A stretch of DNA of 64,000 nt from an uncultured Verrucomicrobiae bacterium (GTDB lineage Bacteria > Verrucomicrobiota > Verrucomicrobiia > Limisphaerales > Palsa-1400): contig OY969763.1 in the NCBI GenBank assembly GCA_963702845.1, positions 1,728,001 to 1,792,000 on the forward strand. Direction: 5' to 3'. The translations under genes were made by a program, and so were the position numbers. The notes below the pieces were generated by a model. That model was given only the letters and a program-made list of their open reading frames with translations, did not search any database and was not told the origin of the DNA. This document shows, piece after piece, positions 51,131 through 60,985 of the stretch. The number at the start of each line of letters is the position of its first letter. Within the stretch, counting starts at the first letter, position 1.

Positions 51131-53353
51131 TTAGCTCAATTTCTCGATGCGCGCCTGGGCGTTGTAGTCGGGCACGCCGCCGACGGCATCGTAGTTGCCG
51201 CGTCGGATAATGACGTTTCCCTCGGGCCAATGGACTTGCAGATTTCCGCGCGCGATCGGGGCGATGAACACGCGTCCTTCCAGGCGACCAAGCGTGTTCA
51301 CCAAAGCGATTCGGTCGTTCTGTCGAAGCTTCAATTGTTCGGCATCTTCAGGGCTGATGAAGATGGCATCGCGTTGAGCGCCAGTAATGGAACATGTCTC
51401 GTGGTAAATGAGCGTGTTGAATTGTTTGCCGCGACGCGTGCTGATCTCGAAAACACCTGCCGGTTTGGAAATGTTCGGGAGCGAGACGGCTTTGAAATGA
51501 GCTTTGCCGTCGAGCGTGGCAAATCTCCAATCGGCACACAAATGCGCTCCGCCGTATTGAATGGCATCGCCGGTTTTGCGCAGGTTTTGAATGCCGTCGT
51601 AAAATGGAACGACACGCGCAATTTCATCACGCATCTTCCAGCCGGTCTCGCATTTTAACAGATGCGCTTTCTCTGGATACACGGCTGCGGCGAGTTCGCG
51701 TAAAATCTTCCATTCAGCTTTCGCTTCGCCAAGTTGGCGTGGGATTTCGGGACTGAACGCGACGCGACGTTCGGTCGTTGTTTCGATGCCGCCATCGTCT
51801 TGTTCGTAACGCGTTTTGGCGGGCAGCAGAAGAACGTCTTCTTTCGCATCAATCAGCATCTGGTCGCAAAGGATGATGTCTTGATGGACGCGCATTGAAA
51901 CATTCGCCAGGGCGCGTGTGACGTAATTCGGATCGGGCAATGTGCGAAGGAAATTGCCGCCTACAGAGTAGAGCAGGTCCAGGTCCCCGTTGGCACACGC
52001 ATCGACCATCTCGGGGCTCGTCATTCCCTGCCAGTCGGGAACTTCGAATCCGTATTCCTTCGACAGGATGACTGCGTTTTGTGCGTTGATCGGTTTGCCG
52101 CCAGGAAACACGGTCGAGTAGGCACCCATTTCCGCGCCGCCTTGAACACTCGAGTGACCGCGGATCGGCATCAGTCCGCATTTGTCGCGACCGACGTAGC
52201 CTTTGAGCAGTCCAAGATTCAATACAGCCGAAACCGCATCGCCGCCATACGAGTGCTGGGTAATGCCCATGCTCCAGACCAGCACAGCGTTTTTCGCGTC
52301 GCGAATAAGCTCCGCAAATTCCTGCATCGAACTGCGCGGTAGTCCGGAATCACGTTCCAATATTGGCCATTCGATTTTTTGCGCGGCGGCTTTGAATGAC
52401 TCGAATTCAGCGGCATGGTTCTCGATAAAGTTTTTATCTTCCCATCCATTTTCCAAAATAATTTTCGCAACGCCGGTCAAGAACGCGATGTCGCCGCCTT
52501 GGGAAACGGGGAACCAATAATCCATGATGTCGGTTCCGAAAACTGCGCTCTTCGCCGTCGATGGCACCCAATAACGTTCCAGCCCGGGTTCGCGGTATGG
52601 ATTGACGACGACGACTTTCGTGCCGAGCAGTTTTGCTTCGTGCAGATATTTCGTCGTGACCGGTTGATCGTTCGCCGGGTTTGCGCCGAAGAAGATGATC
52701 AGATCCGTTCCGTACCAATCTTTGTAACTGCACGTTGTCGCCGCGACGCCGACGGCGTGCTTCATCGCACCGGTCGAGGGCGAATGACAGAGGCGCGCGG
52801 CGTTATCGACGTTATTCGTTCCAAGAAACCGCGCGGCCTTTTGAGCCATGTAATAAACTTCGTTTGTAACACCGCGCGATGTCACAAAGAACGCGAATCG
52901 TTTTGGATTACTCGAACGAATGCGCGCCGCGATGCGCGAGTAAGCGTCGTCCCATGAAATGCGCCGAAACCCTTTGTCGCCGCGCTGGCGAAGCATCGGG
53001 TAGGGGAGACGACCAAGTTCGCGCAACTGCGCATTGTCCTTCGAACGCAACTTGGACACGTCTTCCAGCAAAGACACATCCATCGCGGGCATCGTGTTCA
53101 GACGAAGCAGATTCAGCCGCGTCATGCACAGGTGAACGCCGTCGATCGTCCAATCGTGCAAGCCCGCAACGCCGAGCGCACAGCCATCGCACACGCCCTT
53201 CGTAATGACGTTCCACGCGTAACCGAGATTGTCGCGGTTTTGCCAAACGATGTTGGCCATGTCGCGAAAGTGCTTCGGCTTCGTTTGGCCAATGCCGAAC
53301 GGAACGAGCGCCTTCAACTTGTCGCGCCAGGTTTTATGTAAACGATGACTCAT
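51131..53353 (-). CDS. FdhF/YdeP-family molybdopterin oxidoreductase
   Basis: CDGCALG, NNVDNAARLCHSPS, WSMGITQH, PIRGHSSVQG, TRRGKQFN. Confidence 0.9.
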   Translation of the reverse strand: MSHRLHKTWRDKLKALVPFGIGQTKPKHFRDMANIVWQNRDNLGYAWNVITKGVCDGCALGVAGLHDWTIDGVHLCMTRLNLLRLNTMPAMDVSLLEDVSKLRSKDNAQLRELGRLPYPMLRQRGDKGFRRISWDDAYSRIAARIRSSNPKRFAFFVTSRGVTNEVYYMAQKAARFLGTNNVDNAARLCHSPSTGAMKHAVGVAATTCSYKDWYGTDLIIFFGANPANDQPVTTKYLHEAKLLGTKVVVVNPYREPGLERYWVPSTAKSAVFGTDIMDYWFPVSQGGDIAFLTGVAKIILENGWEDKNFIENHAAEFESFKAAAQKIEWPILERDSGLPRSSMQEFAELIRDAKNAVLVWSMGITQHSYGGDAVSAVLNLGLLKGYVGRDKCGLMPIRGHSSVQGGAEMGAYSTVFPGGKPINAQNAVILSKEYGFEVPDWQGMTSPEMVDACANGDLDLLYSVGGNFLRTLPDPNYVTRALANVSMRVHQDIILCDQMLIDAKEDVLLLPAKTRYEQDDGGIETTTERRVAFSPEIPRQLGEAKAEWKILRELAAAVYPEKAHLLKCETGWKMRDEIARVVPFYDGIQNLRKTGDAIQYGGAHLCADWRFATLDGKAHFKAVSLPNISKPAGVFEISTRRGKQFNTLIYHETCSITGAQRDAIFISPEDAEQLKLRQNDRIALVNTLGRLEGRVFIAPIARGNLQVHWPEGNVIIRRGNYDAVGGVPDYNAQARIEKLS

Positions 53354-53416
53354 GGACGTTGCGCTCTAGCTCAACTTCCTAAAACCGTTGCGCGTCTTTG
53401 CGTCCTTTGCGTTGAA

Positions 53417-54295
53417 TTATTTATGCAAATGGCGACCTTTGAAGGTCAGTTCGGCGATGCCGGATTTGTCCAACTCGCCCAAATCTTCGGCGGTCATCTT
53501 GTCGTATTGTTTCTTAGTCGCAGTCGCGAGGGGCAGGTTCAAGCCCTGTTCCTTCGCGAGTTTGAGTGCGATGCCGGAATCTTTGGCGGCGTGTGATGCC
53601 GAGAAAAAACAGCTATGGTCGCGGTTCTGCATGTCTTCACCGTCCGTTTGCAGGACGCGAGAGTTGGCGCCGGTTTGAGAAAACACTTCGCGGAGCATGG
53701 CGAGATCAAGACCGAGCGCGGCGCCGAGGCCGAGGCCTTCAGCGAGACCAGCAGTGTTGATGTTCATGACCATGTTGACCAGCGCTTTGACTTGGGCCGC
53801 TTTGCCGGAACCGCCGACGTAACGCATCGAGGCCGCGAGTTTTTCGAGCACGGGTTTGGCGCGATTGAAAGCTTCTTCTTTGCCGCCGAGCATCAAATAC
53901 AACGTGCCTTCGCGCGCCTGGGTGATGCTGGAAGCCATACAGGTTTCGAGCGATTGCGCGCCGATTTTTTCGGCCTTTTGTTCGACCCAAACGTGAGTCG
54001 CGGGACTGACCGTGGCGCAATTGATGAAGAGTTTTCCTTTAGCGCGGCTGAGCAGACCTTTGGTGAAAATGGTTTTCATCGCCTTGTCATCGGTGACGAC
54101 GGTGATGATCACGTCCGAAGCGCGGGTGACATCTTTGAGGTTTTCAAAAGATTGTGCGCCGAGTTCTTTGGCCAACTCCGCGGCTGCTTCAGGTTTCACG
54201 TCGTAAAGAGCGGTGACGTTGAAACCTTGTTCTTTGAGGCGGCGGGCCATGTTGGCACCCATTCGCCCAACTCCGACAAATCCGATTCGTTCCAT
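53417..54295 (-). CDS. NAD(P)-dependent beta-hydroxyacid dehydrogenase family
   Basis: IGFVGVGRMGANMA, VKALVN, AAKD. Confidence 0.9.
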   Translation of the reverse strand: MERIGFVGVGRMGANMARRLKEQGFNVTALYDVKPEAAAELAKELGAQSFENLKDVTRASDVIITVVTDDKAMKTIFTKGLLSRAKGKLFINCATVSPATHVWVEQKAEKIGAQSLETCMASSITQAREGTLYLMLGGKEEAFNRAKPVLEKLAASMRYVGGSGKAAQVKALVNMVMNINTAGLAEGLGLGAALGLDLAMLREVFSQTGANSRVLQTDGEDMQNRDHSCFFSASHAAKDSGIALKLAKEQGLNLPLATATKKQYDKMTAEDLGELDKSGIAELTFKGRHLHK

Positions 54296-54520
54296 AGCAA
54301 TTCTCCAGGTTAAAGGTTATTAAACAATGCGTGGCTGCGCGTCGGCAAAGTTACACGCTGAGCCGCAGCGATGAAAAGGTTTTTTGGGCCTATTCGGAGT
54401 GCGAAATGCGAGGCCGACGTTCGGCTCTGCCACCCGCAGATCGTCAGAACGCGAATTGAATCTCCGAGCATGTTCAATCGTTCCCATTCGCATTCCGACT
54501 TAGGCACCTTCACCCTTTCC

Positions 54521-55403
54521 CTACAACCTCGCCATCGCCGCTTCAATCTGCTTCAGCGTCTCCGGCGTCAGCCCTTGTTTCATTTGGGGTTCAACACTCG
54601 CCTTCTTCTCCGTCTGTACGTCATCATACTTCCGCACCAACAAATTCGCCCGCTTCCTCCTCGCCCGATCCTGCGCTTGATCACTCGCCACCCGCGCAAT
54701 TCGGAAAACCAACTCTGGCTTCGCTTCCACTAACTCCTTCAACGTCCCCCGATGCAAGTCCTGCAACGAACGCACAATCTGCATCCCAATCAACATCTCA
54801 TTAAACCGTTCAATTCCTTCTGCCTCATTCCGACAACTTCTCCACCGCCTTAACCACTCGGCCAACATCATTCCGAATCGCCGCCATCCGTTCCTGGTCG
54901 CGCAACCAATCCTGATGCCCGCCGCGTCGCCACGTCGACAAATCAAACTTCGTCACCCCATCAAACCCCTTCTTCTTCAGCGCCGCCGAAATCTCCACAT
55001 ATTTCATTCCATCCCGGATTTGTTCATTCAACCATTCCCGCGTCTCAAACGGCATCCGCGCAATCTTCCCCCACCGCTTCCTTCCCGGCAAAACCCCCGC
55101 CACCTCACCACAAACCGACTCCCTCGCCACGGCTGTAATCCGTGCTCCGCGTTTCTTCCATCGAACTTTACTTCCTCCCTCCACTGCAACCCGTGAACCC
55201 TCCGCCACCACCGTCACCGCCGCATCCCCAACCGCCACAGCCTCCGACGTAACCCCAACCGCGCCCGCCGCGGCATTCCCAGCCTCGACCGACGCTTCTT
55301 TACGCTCTAAAACCTGCCCCTCTTTCAAATCCGAAATTTCAAATTTGAAATTCTCTCCGTCATTGTTCTCGCTGGCATTCATATCAATCCAAAAACAATA
55401 CAA
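54521..55403 (-). pseudogene. split hypothetical gene with GKIAR.P...RE.LN motif (Mu gp27/DUF3486-like)
   Basis: WGKIARMPFETREWLNEQIRDG...LSTWRRGGHQDWL in one frame and ...GLTPETLKQIE in another; junction ~54830. Confidence 0.55.
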
Positions 55404-55637
55404 ATGAAGTGACTACCCTGTCAACACTGCCGCCAAACTATTTGTTATGCTACATCCTATTGACAGACCGCTACTTCCCGCCTAACATCTCAACCATGGT
55501 CGCCGGCCAAGCCGGCCTCGAGCCCAAAACGGCCCGATTCGTTCTTTGAAATAGCAACAAATACCTCGGCAAAGGCGCAACCAGTTGCCGCCAGTAGTGA
55601 CTTGTAGCAACTAGTAGCAACATTCCCGCGCATTTTC

Positions 55638-55750
55638 CGGAGTGCGGACGTCCTCGCCCGCAGCAACGCACGATTGCAACCTGCGCGCCAGGAGATCCGC
55701 AGCGTCGACGTTGCATCCTGCCTTGCTGCGCCCGAGACTGGCGCACTCCG
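55638..55750. repeat. REP-like long imperfect palindrome
   Basis: CGGAGTGCG..CCTCG...GCAGCAA / TTGCTGC...CGAG...CGCACTCCG. Confidence 0.7.
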
Positions 55751-55792
55751 AAGAAACTGGATTAGTGCCCATGAATCACACCCCGTTTTTGA

Positions 55793-56338
55793 TCAAAGCG
55801 CGGGCGATGTAGCGTTGGAGGATGCGATTTGGCGATCGTGTAATGCACGCCAGATGATGCAGGCGCAGGCGATTGCGATGCCAGTCCATGCGATGATGTT
55901 GAGCGCTGCGGCTATGCGCGTATCGTATTGCAGCAGACCCCAGCGCCGCAGAATGGTGTGCCAGTCGTGATCGCCACCACCGACGAGCGGCAGCGCCATG
56001 GTGCGCGCGTCAGCCATGTAACGGGCAATGTTGAGCCAGTTTTCGAAAAACCAAATGGCAGCCGCGGCGACCGCCAGGGGATTGCCTTTGCGCCAAAAGC
56101 TCACGGCTAAGACGCACGGAAAAACTAATTGGCCAATCGTGCCGCCATAAGGTTCGAGGCGCGAACTGAACAGACCGATAATTGGATGACCAGCTTCGTG
56201 GAAAAGCAGGTTGGCGTGGTCGAGCACGAAAATAAATCCGCGTTCCGACCGGAACAATAGAACGAGGAAAAGGGCTAGGCCGGCGGCGAAGCCGGCAAGT
56301 CCTTTGGTCGTTATACGATCCCATTCGCGTTCTTCCAT
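55793..56338 (-). CDS. membrane protein with HExxH motif
   Basis: LLFHEAGH, YMADA, GGGDHDW; 3-4 TMs. Confidence 0.75.
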   Translation of the reverse strand: MEEREWDRITTKGLAGFAAGLALFLVLLFRSERGFIFVLDHANLLFHEAGHPIIGLFSSRLEPYGGTIGQLVFPCVLAVSFWRKGNPLAVAAAAIWFFENWLNIARYMADARTMALPLVGGGDHDWHTILRRWGLLQYDTRIAAALNIIAWTGIAIACACIIWRALHDRQIASSNATSPAL

Positions 56339-56469
56339 GAAGGCGAATTAAGCAGGATTTCAGCCAGAAAAGAACGGTTATTGATATGCTGCCGGACGTA
56401 ACAACTTCGCTGCACGCCCCAGCATTCATTGCCAGCTATCGTGCTCTTATTGCGCCAGTGCAAGGATAC

Positions 56470-56850
56470 CTATTTAGGCTTGGTATATACTCCGTTCGGT
56501 GTGCGGACGGCTGTTCCGTTGGGGGTTTCAACCGCGGTTCGGTTTTGCGTGCGATTAACCGATCCATTATCTGACGGCTCTGTATAAACGTTTCCGTTTC
56601 GAGTCTGGACAGCTGTTCCGTTTTGCGTTTGGACGGCTGTGCCTCCCCTTCGAGTGGTGACAGCTCCTCCGTTCTTGGTCTCGACAGCACCAGCTCCGTT
56701 ACGTGTCTCCACAGCGCCACCATTTTGTGTCTCGACGCCCCTGACACGACGCCCTTCATAAGTGTTGGGCTCAGCCTGAACCGTCAAGGCGGCGACGCTG
56801 AACAGTGTCAGGACTCCGCTCACGATTTTTAATTTGAATGTGGTTTTCAT
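56470..56850 (-). CDS. secreted repeat protein
   Basis: RBS GAGGAGG; signal peptide; about 9 (A)V.T.NG repeats. Confidence 0.75.
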   Translation of the reverse strand: MKTTFKLKIVSGVLTLFSVAALTVQAEPNTYEGRRVRGVETQNGGAVETRNGAGAVETKNGGAVTTRRGGTAVQTQNGTAVQTRNGNVYTEPSDNGSVNRTQNRTAVETPNGTAVRTPNGVYTKPK

Positions 56851-56994
56851 TTAATCCTCCTCACTCAACCTAGGAGCGAAATAGTTTATCGGTAAGGGGA
56901 ATTGTTTAGCCAACAAGTCACCAAGGGGCTGGGTGTGGAAACTTCAAATTCCAAAACTTCAAACCGCCGTGCTCCGAGACCAGTCGCGAAATCT

Positions 56995-59040
56995 CTAGCG
57001 ATCGGGGGTGTGGAAGGGTTTGGATTGGTGGTAGAGGGTGATGCGTTGTTCAGCCATCATCGCCGCGTTGGTGTTGCCGGATTGCATATATAACTCACGC
57101 TCATGGTCAGCAGCGGCAATTGCGTCGGGGAAGCGTCCGGCTTCGGCGTAGGCCACGTCTAAGACGTTGAGGCATTGCGGGTCGTTATTACGAGTGATGT
57201 GGCAGGCGCGTTCGGCGAGGGAGACGGCTTCGGGGCCGTTGCGGATTTCGGGGCGCGGACAGGTGGCGAGGAGCCAGGCCATGTCTTTGAGCGCGGGCAG
57301 GAAATGTGGATCGTAGTGCAGGACGGTGCGGTATTGGTCGAGCGCTTCGGGCAAGTGGTCGGCGGCAACGAGGGCGTGCGCTAGTTCGTAACGGTATTCG
57401 GTGTGTGAAGGGCGGGCGTCGACGGCTTTGCGAATGAGGTCGATGCCTTCGTTTATTTTGCCGCTGCTGACAGCGAGTGTGCCCAACGTGCAAAGGGCCT
57501 GGGCGTCGTTGGGATTTATTTTCAAAACTTCGTGAAATTTCTCCTGTGCTTCGGCGGTGTGGCCTTGAGTCATGAGAACCCAACCGAGAGCGTTTAGGCC
57601 ACCGGGATCGCCGGGGTGCAAGCGGTCGGATTCGCGCAATAGTTGGAGCGCGAGGTCCGGGCGGTCGTGGCGAAACCAATACATACCGAGGTTTTGGTGG
57701 ACGTAGGCGTTGTGCGGGTCGATGTCGATGGCGTGCTGCGCGAGGGTGGCGCTGTTTTGCCAATAGCTGATTTGTTTGTGTGCGGCAACGGCGAGCGTTG
57801 CGCTGGCGGCGATTGCGGCTGCGCTCAGAAAGATGGCGCGCGCGGAGCGACGCGCGCTACCGGAGCTGAGTTTTTGGGCGAGTTCGCAAATGGTCCAGGT
57901 CACGGCGATGAAGAGGCCAATGGAGGGCAGGTAAGAGTAACGGTCGGCCATGCCTTGCCGGCCGACTTGCACGATACCGATGACGGGCAGCAACATTCCG
58001 ATAAACCAGAACCAGCCAGTGGCAGCCCACGGGAATTTGCGCCAGGCAGCGAGGACGAGGGCCGAGACGATGACGAGTAGCGCGATGGATGGGACGACGA
58101 GGTCCCATGGAATGGGTTTTGGGAAGACGTAGAAAAATGTGAGGTCAGCCGGCCAGAATAGTTTTTGGATGTAGCGGACGTAGGAAAGGAGTGCGTTGCC
58201 GAGGCGGTCGTGCAGAGGCAATCGTTCCAATGGCGCGACGCTACCGCCGGTTTTTTGAGCGATGTAAGTGACGACGCTCAAGGCGGCGGCGAGCGCGAAG
58301 AACGGAATTTTTTCGCGAACCAACCGAACGATCGTTTGTTTGTCGGCTTTAAATCGGCCAAGTGGCCATCCGTCCAACAGCAGCAGGACGAAGGGCAGGG
58401 TGACGAGCATGGGTTTGGAGAGGAGACCGAGCGCGTAGAGAATAATGCTGAGCCAGTAATATCGGCCGAATCTCGGCTTCGCCTGGTGAGTCGGTGAGGC
58501 TGAGTTTGTCCGTTCGACATAGCAGGCGTAGGACATCAAGGTGAGGACGAAGAACAAGGCGCTCAAAACATCTTTGCGTTCGGAAATCCACGCGACGGAT
58601 TCGATGTGCATCGGGTGCCAAAGAAACAATGCGGCGACAAATGTGCTTCGCCACATCGCGCCAGTTACGCGGTTTAAGAACAGGAACAGCAACGTTCCGG
58701 TGACAGTGTGAAGCAGTAGGTTGATGATATGATGGCCGCCGGCATCCAAACCGAACAGCTGGCAATCGATCATGTGCGAGATCCATGTGAGCGGATGCCA
58801 GTTGGCCGAGTGTTCGCGCGCAAAGGCCCAAACGATTCCGGGCCAGGTGACGCCCTGTTGCACGACATCGTTTTCGTAGACGTAAGCGGGATCGTCGAAG
58901 TTGATGAAGTCGAAATGCGCGACCTGATAATAGATGCCAAGGGTGATGGCGATGAGGATGGCGCAGATGATGAAACGCGTGCGTTGGTCGCGTAGTCTGC
59001 TTGCATCGATTTCGCCGTTACTCACGAGCTTATGATTCAC
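56995..59040 (-). CDS. TMTC-like membrane glycosyltransferase with TPR repeats
   Basis: FDDPAYV, NWHPLTW, HPMHIESVAWISERKD, ADRYSYLP, C-terminal TPRs. Confidence 0.85.
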   Translation of the reverse strand: MNHKLVSNGEIDASRLRDQRTRFIICAILIAITLGIYYQVAHFDFINFDDPAYVYENDVVQQGVTWPGIVWAFAREHSANWHPLTWISHMIDCQLFGLDAGGHHIINLLLHTVTGTLLFLFLNRVTGAMWRSTFVAALFLWHPMHIESVAWISERKDVLSALFFVLTLMSYACYVERTNSASPTHQAKPRFGRYYWLSIILYALGLLSKPMLVTLPFVLLLLDGWPLGRFKADKQTIVRLVREKIPFFALAAALSVVTYIAQKTGGSVAPLERLPLHDRLGNALLSYVRYIQKLFWPADLTFFYVFPKPIPWDLVVPSIALLVIVSALVLAAWRKFPWAATGWFWFIGMLLPVIGIVQVGRQGMADRYSYLPSIGLFIAVTWTICELAQKLSSGSARRSARAIFLSAAAIAASATLAVAAHKQISYWQNSATLAQHAIDIDPHNAYVHQNLGMYWFRHDRPDLALQLLRESDRLHPGDPGGLNALGWVLMTQGHTAEAQEKFHEVLKINPNDAQALCTLGTLAVSSGKINEGIDLIRKAVDARPSHTEYRYELAHALVAADHLPEALDQYRTVLHYDPHFLPALKDMAWLLATCPRPEIRNGPEAVSLAERACHITRNNDPQCLNVLDVAYAEAGRFPDAIAAADHERELYMQSGNTNAAMMAEQRITLYHQSKPFHTPDR

Positions 59041-59253
59041 GCTGTTGGCTGAAGGCGCACGAAATATTTAAGGTCCGTCTCCAGTGGTGGCCTATTCGAT
59101 AAAGAATTGGTGCTTGACACTTTTGCCGGGCTTTCGGAAGCTCGCGACATCCCATTAGAGCGGTTGTGCCCCCGCGGTTTTATCCGATGACGGATGGACT
59201 ATGCCCATCCTTAACTCGGCACTCCCAACGGTGCCGCAAACAGAAAGCTCATT

Positions 59254-60888
59254 ATGACCGCGTTTCGAAACCGAAAGTTCGGATCCTCGCTGGCGTTGGC
59301 AGTTGGCGCCGCAGTGTCCATCATCTCGCTCAACACATTTGCACGCCCGATTGGTATCGACGTGTCGTCGTACCAAGGCTCTCCCAATTGGGCGAGCATC
59401 AAGAGTTGCGGCTGGACGTTCGCGTGGGCGAAAGCAACTGAAGGCGCGACGATCAACGATGGCAGCTATCGCTACAACATCAACAATGCGAAAGCCAATG
59501 GCGTCTATGTTGGCGCGTATCATTTTGCGCATCCAAACCTGAACTCGCCCGGAACTGAATCAAGTCATTTTTGGAGTATCATCAGCGGGGATATCGCCAA
59601 GGATGGCAAGAGCTTGCAGCCGACTTTGGATTTTGAAGTGTTCAGCGGCGTCACAGGCGCGAGCAGTTATACGACGTGGGCTGATGCATTTAATAATGCG
59701 ATCGTCAGCAGTGCCAAGGCGAAGGGAGTAACGGTGAGTCCGGTTCTTTACACGAGTTCGTGCAGCGCCTGTAATTTTGGTAGCGGCATCGGTTCGTGGA
59801 TTCCGTGGATCGCCAACTACAACGGGCAAAGTTCGCAAACCGGCACTCCGTGGAGTGTGTGCAGCAGTTGCGATATCTGGAATAAATGGACGGCCTGGCA
59901 ATATAGCAGCAGCGGCTCTGTTTGCGGCATCAGTGGCGCGGTTGACGTGGATTCGTTCAACGGCACTTCGGCATCACTCGTGAACACGCTGGTGATTGAT
60001 GGCGATGGTGCGGCTTCGTTCGCACCGGCACCGGCGGCTGTATCGTGGGGTTCCGGACGTCTCGACGTCATTGTTCGCGGTGGTGGCGATGCCATTTATC
60101 ACAAATATTATGTCAGCGGCACAGGTTGGTTGCCGAATGGGGCGACTGGAAGCTTTGAAAGGCTTGGCGGCGTTTCGGAATATGGACCTGGCATAGCTTC
60201 GTGGGCGGCAAATCGCCTTGATGCCTTCTGCATCGCGACGGACGATTCTCTGCAACACAAGTATTGGGACGGTTCGAACTGGCTTCCTGATCCGCATTGG
60301 GAAGATATGGGTGGCACGGCCACCTCCAGCCCAGCAGCGGTTTCGTGGGGTAGTGGTCGCATCGACGTGGTTGTGCGCGGTGGATCGAACCATATCTATC
60401 ACAAGTATTACATCAGCGGCCAAGGATGGTTGCCGACCAACTTTGAAGATATCGGCGGCAACTCGACTTCCAGCCCGGCTATCTGCTCGTGGGGTGCGGG
60501 TAACCTGGATGTGTTCTATCGCGGCACGGACAACACCTTGAAACACCTCTATTATCGCAGCGGAGCGTGGAGTGGGCCGGAAGATCTGGGTGGCACGTTG
60601 ACTTCTGGTCCGTGCGCCGTTTCCCCGAGCTCTGGTCGCATTGACGTCTTTGTGCGCGGTGGTTTGAATCACATTTATCACAAATATTACATCACCGGCC
60701 AAGGTTGGTTGCCGAGTGGTTCGTTCAACGACATCGGCGGCGACGCGACTTCGCCACCGGGAGCTTGTTCGATGGGTGGGGATAGTTTCGACGTGTTCTA
60801 TCGCGGCACAGACAACAACTTGAAGCATCTGTATTGGCGCGGCAGCAGCTGGCTCGGTCCTGAAGACCTCGGCGGTACGTTGCAGTAA
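59254..60888 (+). CDS. secreted GH25 muramidase + six-repeat lectin-like beta-propeller
   Basis: GIDVSSYQG, KATEG, GAYHFA, LDFE, WQYS; six SWG..R.DV..RG.....H repeats. Confidence 0.88.
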   Translation: MTAFRNRKFGSSLALAVGAAVSIISLNTFARPIGIDVSSYQGSPNWASIKSCGWTFAWAKATEGATINDGSYRYNINNAKANGVYVGAYHFAHPNLNSPGTESSHFWSIISGDIAKDGKSLQPTLDFEVFSGVTGASSYTTWADAFNNAIVSSAKAKGVTVSPVLYTSSCSACNFGSGIGSWIPWIANYNGQSSQTGTPWSVCSSCDIWNKWTAWQYSSSGSVCGISGAVDVDSFNGTSASLVNTLVIDGDGAASFAPAPAAVSWGSGRLDVIVRGGGDAIYHKYYVSGTGWLPNGATGSFERLGGVSEYGPGIASWAANRLDAFCIATDDSLQHKYWDGSNWLPDPHWEDMGGTATSSPAAVSWGSGRIDVVVRGGSNHIYHKYYISGQGWLPTNFEDIGGNSTSSPAICSWGAGNLDVFYRGTDNTLKHLYYRSGAWSGPEDLGGTLTSGPCAVSPSSGRIDVFVRGGLNHIYHKYYITGQGWLPSGSFNDIGGDATSPPGACSMGGDSFDVFYRGTDNNLKHLYWRGSSWLGPEDLGGTLQ

Positions 60889-60899
60889 AATCGTCATGT

Positions 60900-60927
60900 T
60901 GCCCTTTCCTCGAAAGGGGAGAGGGCA
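60900..60927 (+). other. intergenic GAAA-tetraloop hairpin
   Basis: TGCCCTTTCCTC-GAAA-GGGGAGAGGGCA. Confidence 0.6.
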
Positions 60928-60985
60928 TCGTTCATCACTCTCCGAAACATAGCGCTTATCCAAGGCGCATCACAAAAAACAAACC

